Assembly: GCF_004010195.1 (NCBI RefSeq)
Contig: NC_057711.1
Location: 77,910,560 to 77,974,559, forward strand
DNA from: Chiloscyllium plagiosum
Lineage: Eukaryota
Length of the DNA stretch: 64,000 nucleotides
Direction: 5' to 3'
A program made the position numbers and the translations under genes. Shown here piece by piece: positions 61,912 to 64,000 of the stretch. How positions within the stretch are numbered: position 1 is the stretch's first letter; each line of letters opens with the position of its first letter. The notes below the pieces were generated by a model, which did no database searches, was not told the DNA's origin, and worked only from the letters and a program-made list of their open reading frames with translations.

Positions 61912-62832
61912 CAGTCAGATATGCTGTAATGCAGTATTTCGCTCTCGTGCAATCCCATGTTATAAGAAAACCACGTAATAGCAGCGCAATTTAAACTTAT
62001 TGGGCCAAAATTGCATTATAACCAATACAAGCTTTAAAGTTTTGCCCTTTAGAAACAGTGTCCCCAGTTCGTCAAATGTGTTATCGTGAAACCATGTTAA
62101 CGAAACGTGCATTATAGCAGAACGACCTGTGTAAGAAGACTTCACAATTCAGAGGAAAGAACCAAGGAGAATCAGTTGAATTGAACATAAAGATTTGCTG
62201 TAAAGTGACCATTTTCCACATTGGAGTGTCTAACACAGTGTGTCAGGTGACGGTGCAAGACTTTGCTTTGTGGTTTAAGATCTTTTACATTGTGGTCTAT
62301 AATTGGATAGCTTAACTTATGTTTGTTCTTTGCTGTAATAAACTTCCATTCTATTGTTAAAGAAACTGCAACCCTGCATGACTGTTTCAGTAAATGGCAA
62401 CCACATTTACTAAATTAATAAAACTATGTATGATCAATCAGGCTGGATTTTATTTTGGAGTAATAATAAATCTATCCATCCTTCAAGCTGCTTCATCCCT
62501 CAGGTGTCAGAAGGTGGAAGAGATGTCTGAGGAGGCAGTGTCAAATCTCATCAATCCACAGACCACTGACTACAGATTCATGTACTTTGGATATACACAG
62601 CATGCATTTAGATTGGATTGCACATGGTGAAGGAGCTGCAATGCAGTCTGAATCAGAGGTGAAAGTGAACAGTCCCTTTTGTAAAGATGCTACAGTGGAA
62701 ATTGAGATAAGACTTCATGAGTCACATCAAGAGCACAGTATTTCAAGCATTAAATTGTTCTGCTATTAAGCGATTTTGTTATAACACGGGATTGCACGAG
62801 AACAAAATACCGCATTATAGCACATCTGACTA
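61912..62832. mobile_element. Tigger/mariner-type TIR element(s) with about 72-bp imperfect inverted ends
   Basis: ta|cagtcagatatgctgtaatgc...taatagca vs tgctatta...gcattatagcacatctgacta|ta. An additional internal right end gcattatagcagaacgacctg ends at 62129. Confidence 0.7.
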
Positions 62833-64000
62833 TACAAATGTGTGGATGTCTGATGAAGTTCTCTGAAACAATGCAAGCTGACATAGGGAATAAAGGAGAC
62901 CATCACAGTGATGACCGCCTCATTTCGGCGGCTTGTTTGAATGAGCTTTAACCATAAGAGAACAGCAAGAACTGATCAATAGTACATGCTGCATCACTTT
63001 TTGAATGGATACAAGAGCATTGTAACTCTGTAAAGAGTACAGCGCTCACTCAATAACCTGGCTCAGTTCACTCAGAATATGAATATCCATGAAACAGATG
63101 AACTGTGTTTGCACTGGTGACACAACGGTTGCAGGTGTGGATGATTGCACCTACGTAACTAACTCCAGCTCATCCGCTTGGAGGCCAACATAGAGCTGGG
63201 AGGTTAGTAAGGAGGATGAATGTCATGTAAACATCAGGCATCCTCCTCATCATCCAACTCCCCAGCTCCTCTACCAAAACTCTTTGTGACATTTATCTAA
63301 ATTGGCAGCAAATGCAGAGACTGCAGTTGGAGGTAGGGCTCTTCCATGATGAGTGCAGCCACCAAGCTGCTCCGTGCCTCATAGATGAGAGGTGAGTTGC
63401 CTGCCTGCACATCCTCTGAGGCAAAGTGGAGGATATTTCATCAGAGTCTTTATGAGTGCAGTGCGTCATATCCTGTACATCACTGTTAGTTCATCATAGT
63501 TTCATTTCGTATCACTTTTGAAGATCACTTTCGAGCATGTTGTCAGTACATATCTATTGCAAAAGCATTTTTGGTCTGGTTTTATGCACTTATGCCCTCA
63601 ATGAGATTTTTTTTTACAGAACAAATGAGTTTCTTATCATAGGCAATGAAAATTGCATGCTGCAATCCATCTCCCATTGTGACTATCACGAGCAAGTGAA
63701 TTCCCATGTATGTCTAAAGGCTGTTTTCCTTTCCAGCCCTTTGAATAAAATAGTAATACCAATGGTCACAAAGATTGAGATGCTTCTTGAAGCATTTTCT
63801 ATCCTTCAGTGATTGATCCTCCCTGAGAAATGATGATTAGATTTTTAATCAAATCCAGTTTCTCATGTGCACTTAGGTGTGAGCACTGTACCGAAGTAAG
63901 TCATCTGCAGGCGAGTGTTACATAGTTGCTAATTTGATAGTGGCCTCAATCGCACATGCACACCCATTCAAAATGCTTTGAGTGATTTGTTCATCAGAAT

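Noticed and set aside
62850..63760. Possible Harbinger transposase remnant (VAGVDDCTYV at about 63128-63157)
   Set aside because: Only one short motif resembling G.IDCTH. Too degenerate to support without a search.
56864..64000. Next VPS13A exon (expected ...VSFFEGLQR...)
   Set aside because: No matching translation with splice sites found. It presumably lies beyond the window.

Overview
Vertebrate genomic DNA, almost certainly from a cartilaginous fish (shark), judging by abundant HE1-type SINEs and HER1/CR1 LINEs. The window lies inside the VPS13A (chorein) gene on the + strand. Eleven internal coding exons between 3871 and 56863 (2025 nt, 675 codons, all GT-AG, phases consistent) splice into one open frame covering the VAB/SHR-BD adaptor-binding region. 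No further exon was found after 56863. The introns are packed with nested transposable elements: CR1/HER1 LINEs, a second CR1-group LINE, Rex1/Babar LINEs, HE1 and other tRNA-derived SINEs, three solo LTRs with 4-bp TSDs, Tigger/mariner-type TIR elements, and at least three Penelope-like element (PLE) families. The most notable signal is a set of minimal hammerhead ribozyme motifs (CTGAnGA-stem II-GAAAC-GTH). They sit in PLE ends and in small palindromic non-autonomous derivatives flanked by 10-16 bp TSDs. Also notable: a tRNA-Gly-derived pseudogene with a UGA-reading (TCA) anticodon, a NAGNAG acceptor plus a strong internal cryptic donor in the last exon, and a Harbinger Myb/SANT fragment inside a Tigger-like element. 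A 752-bp N gap lies at 26755-27506. All family assignments are by eye and from memory of consensus motifs; no searches were run.
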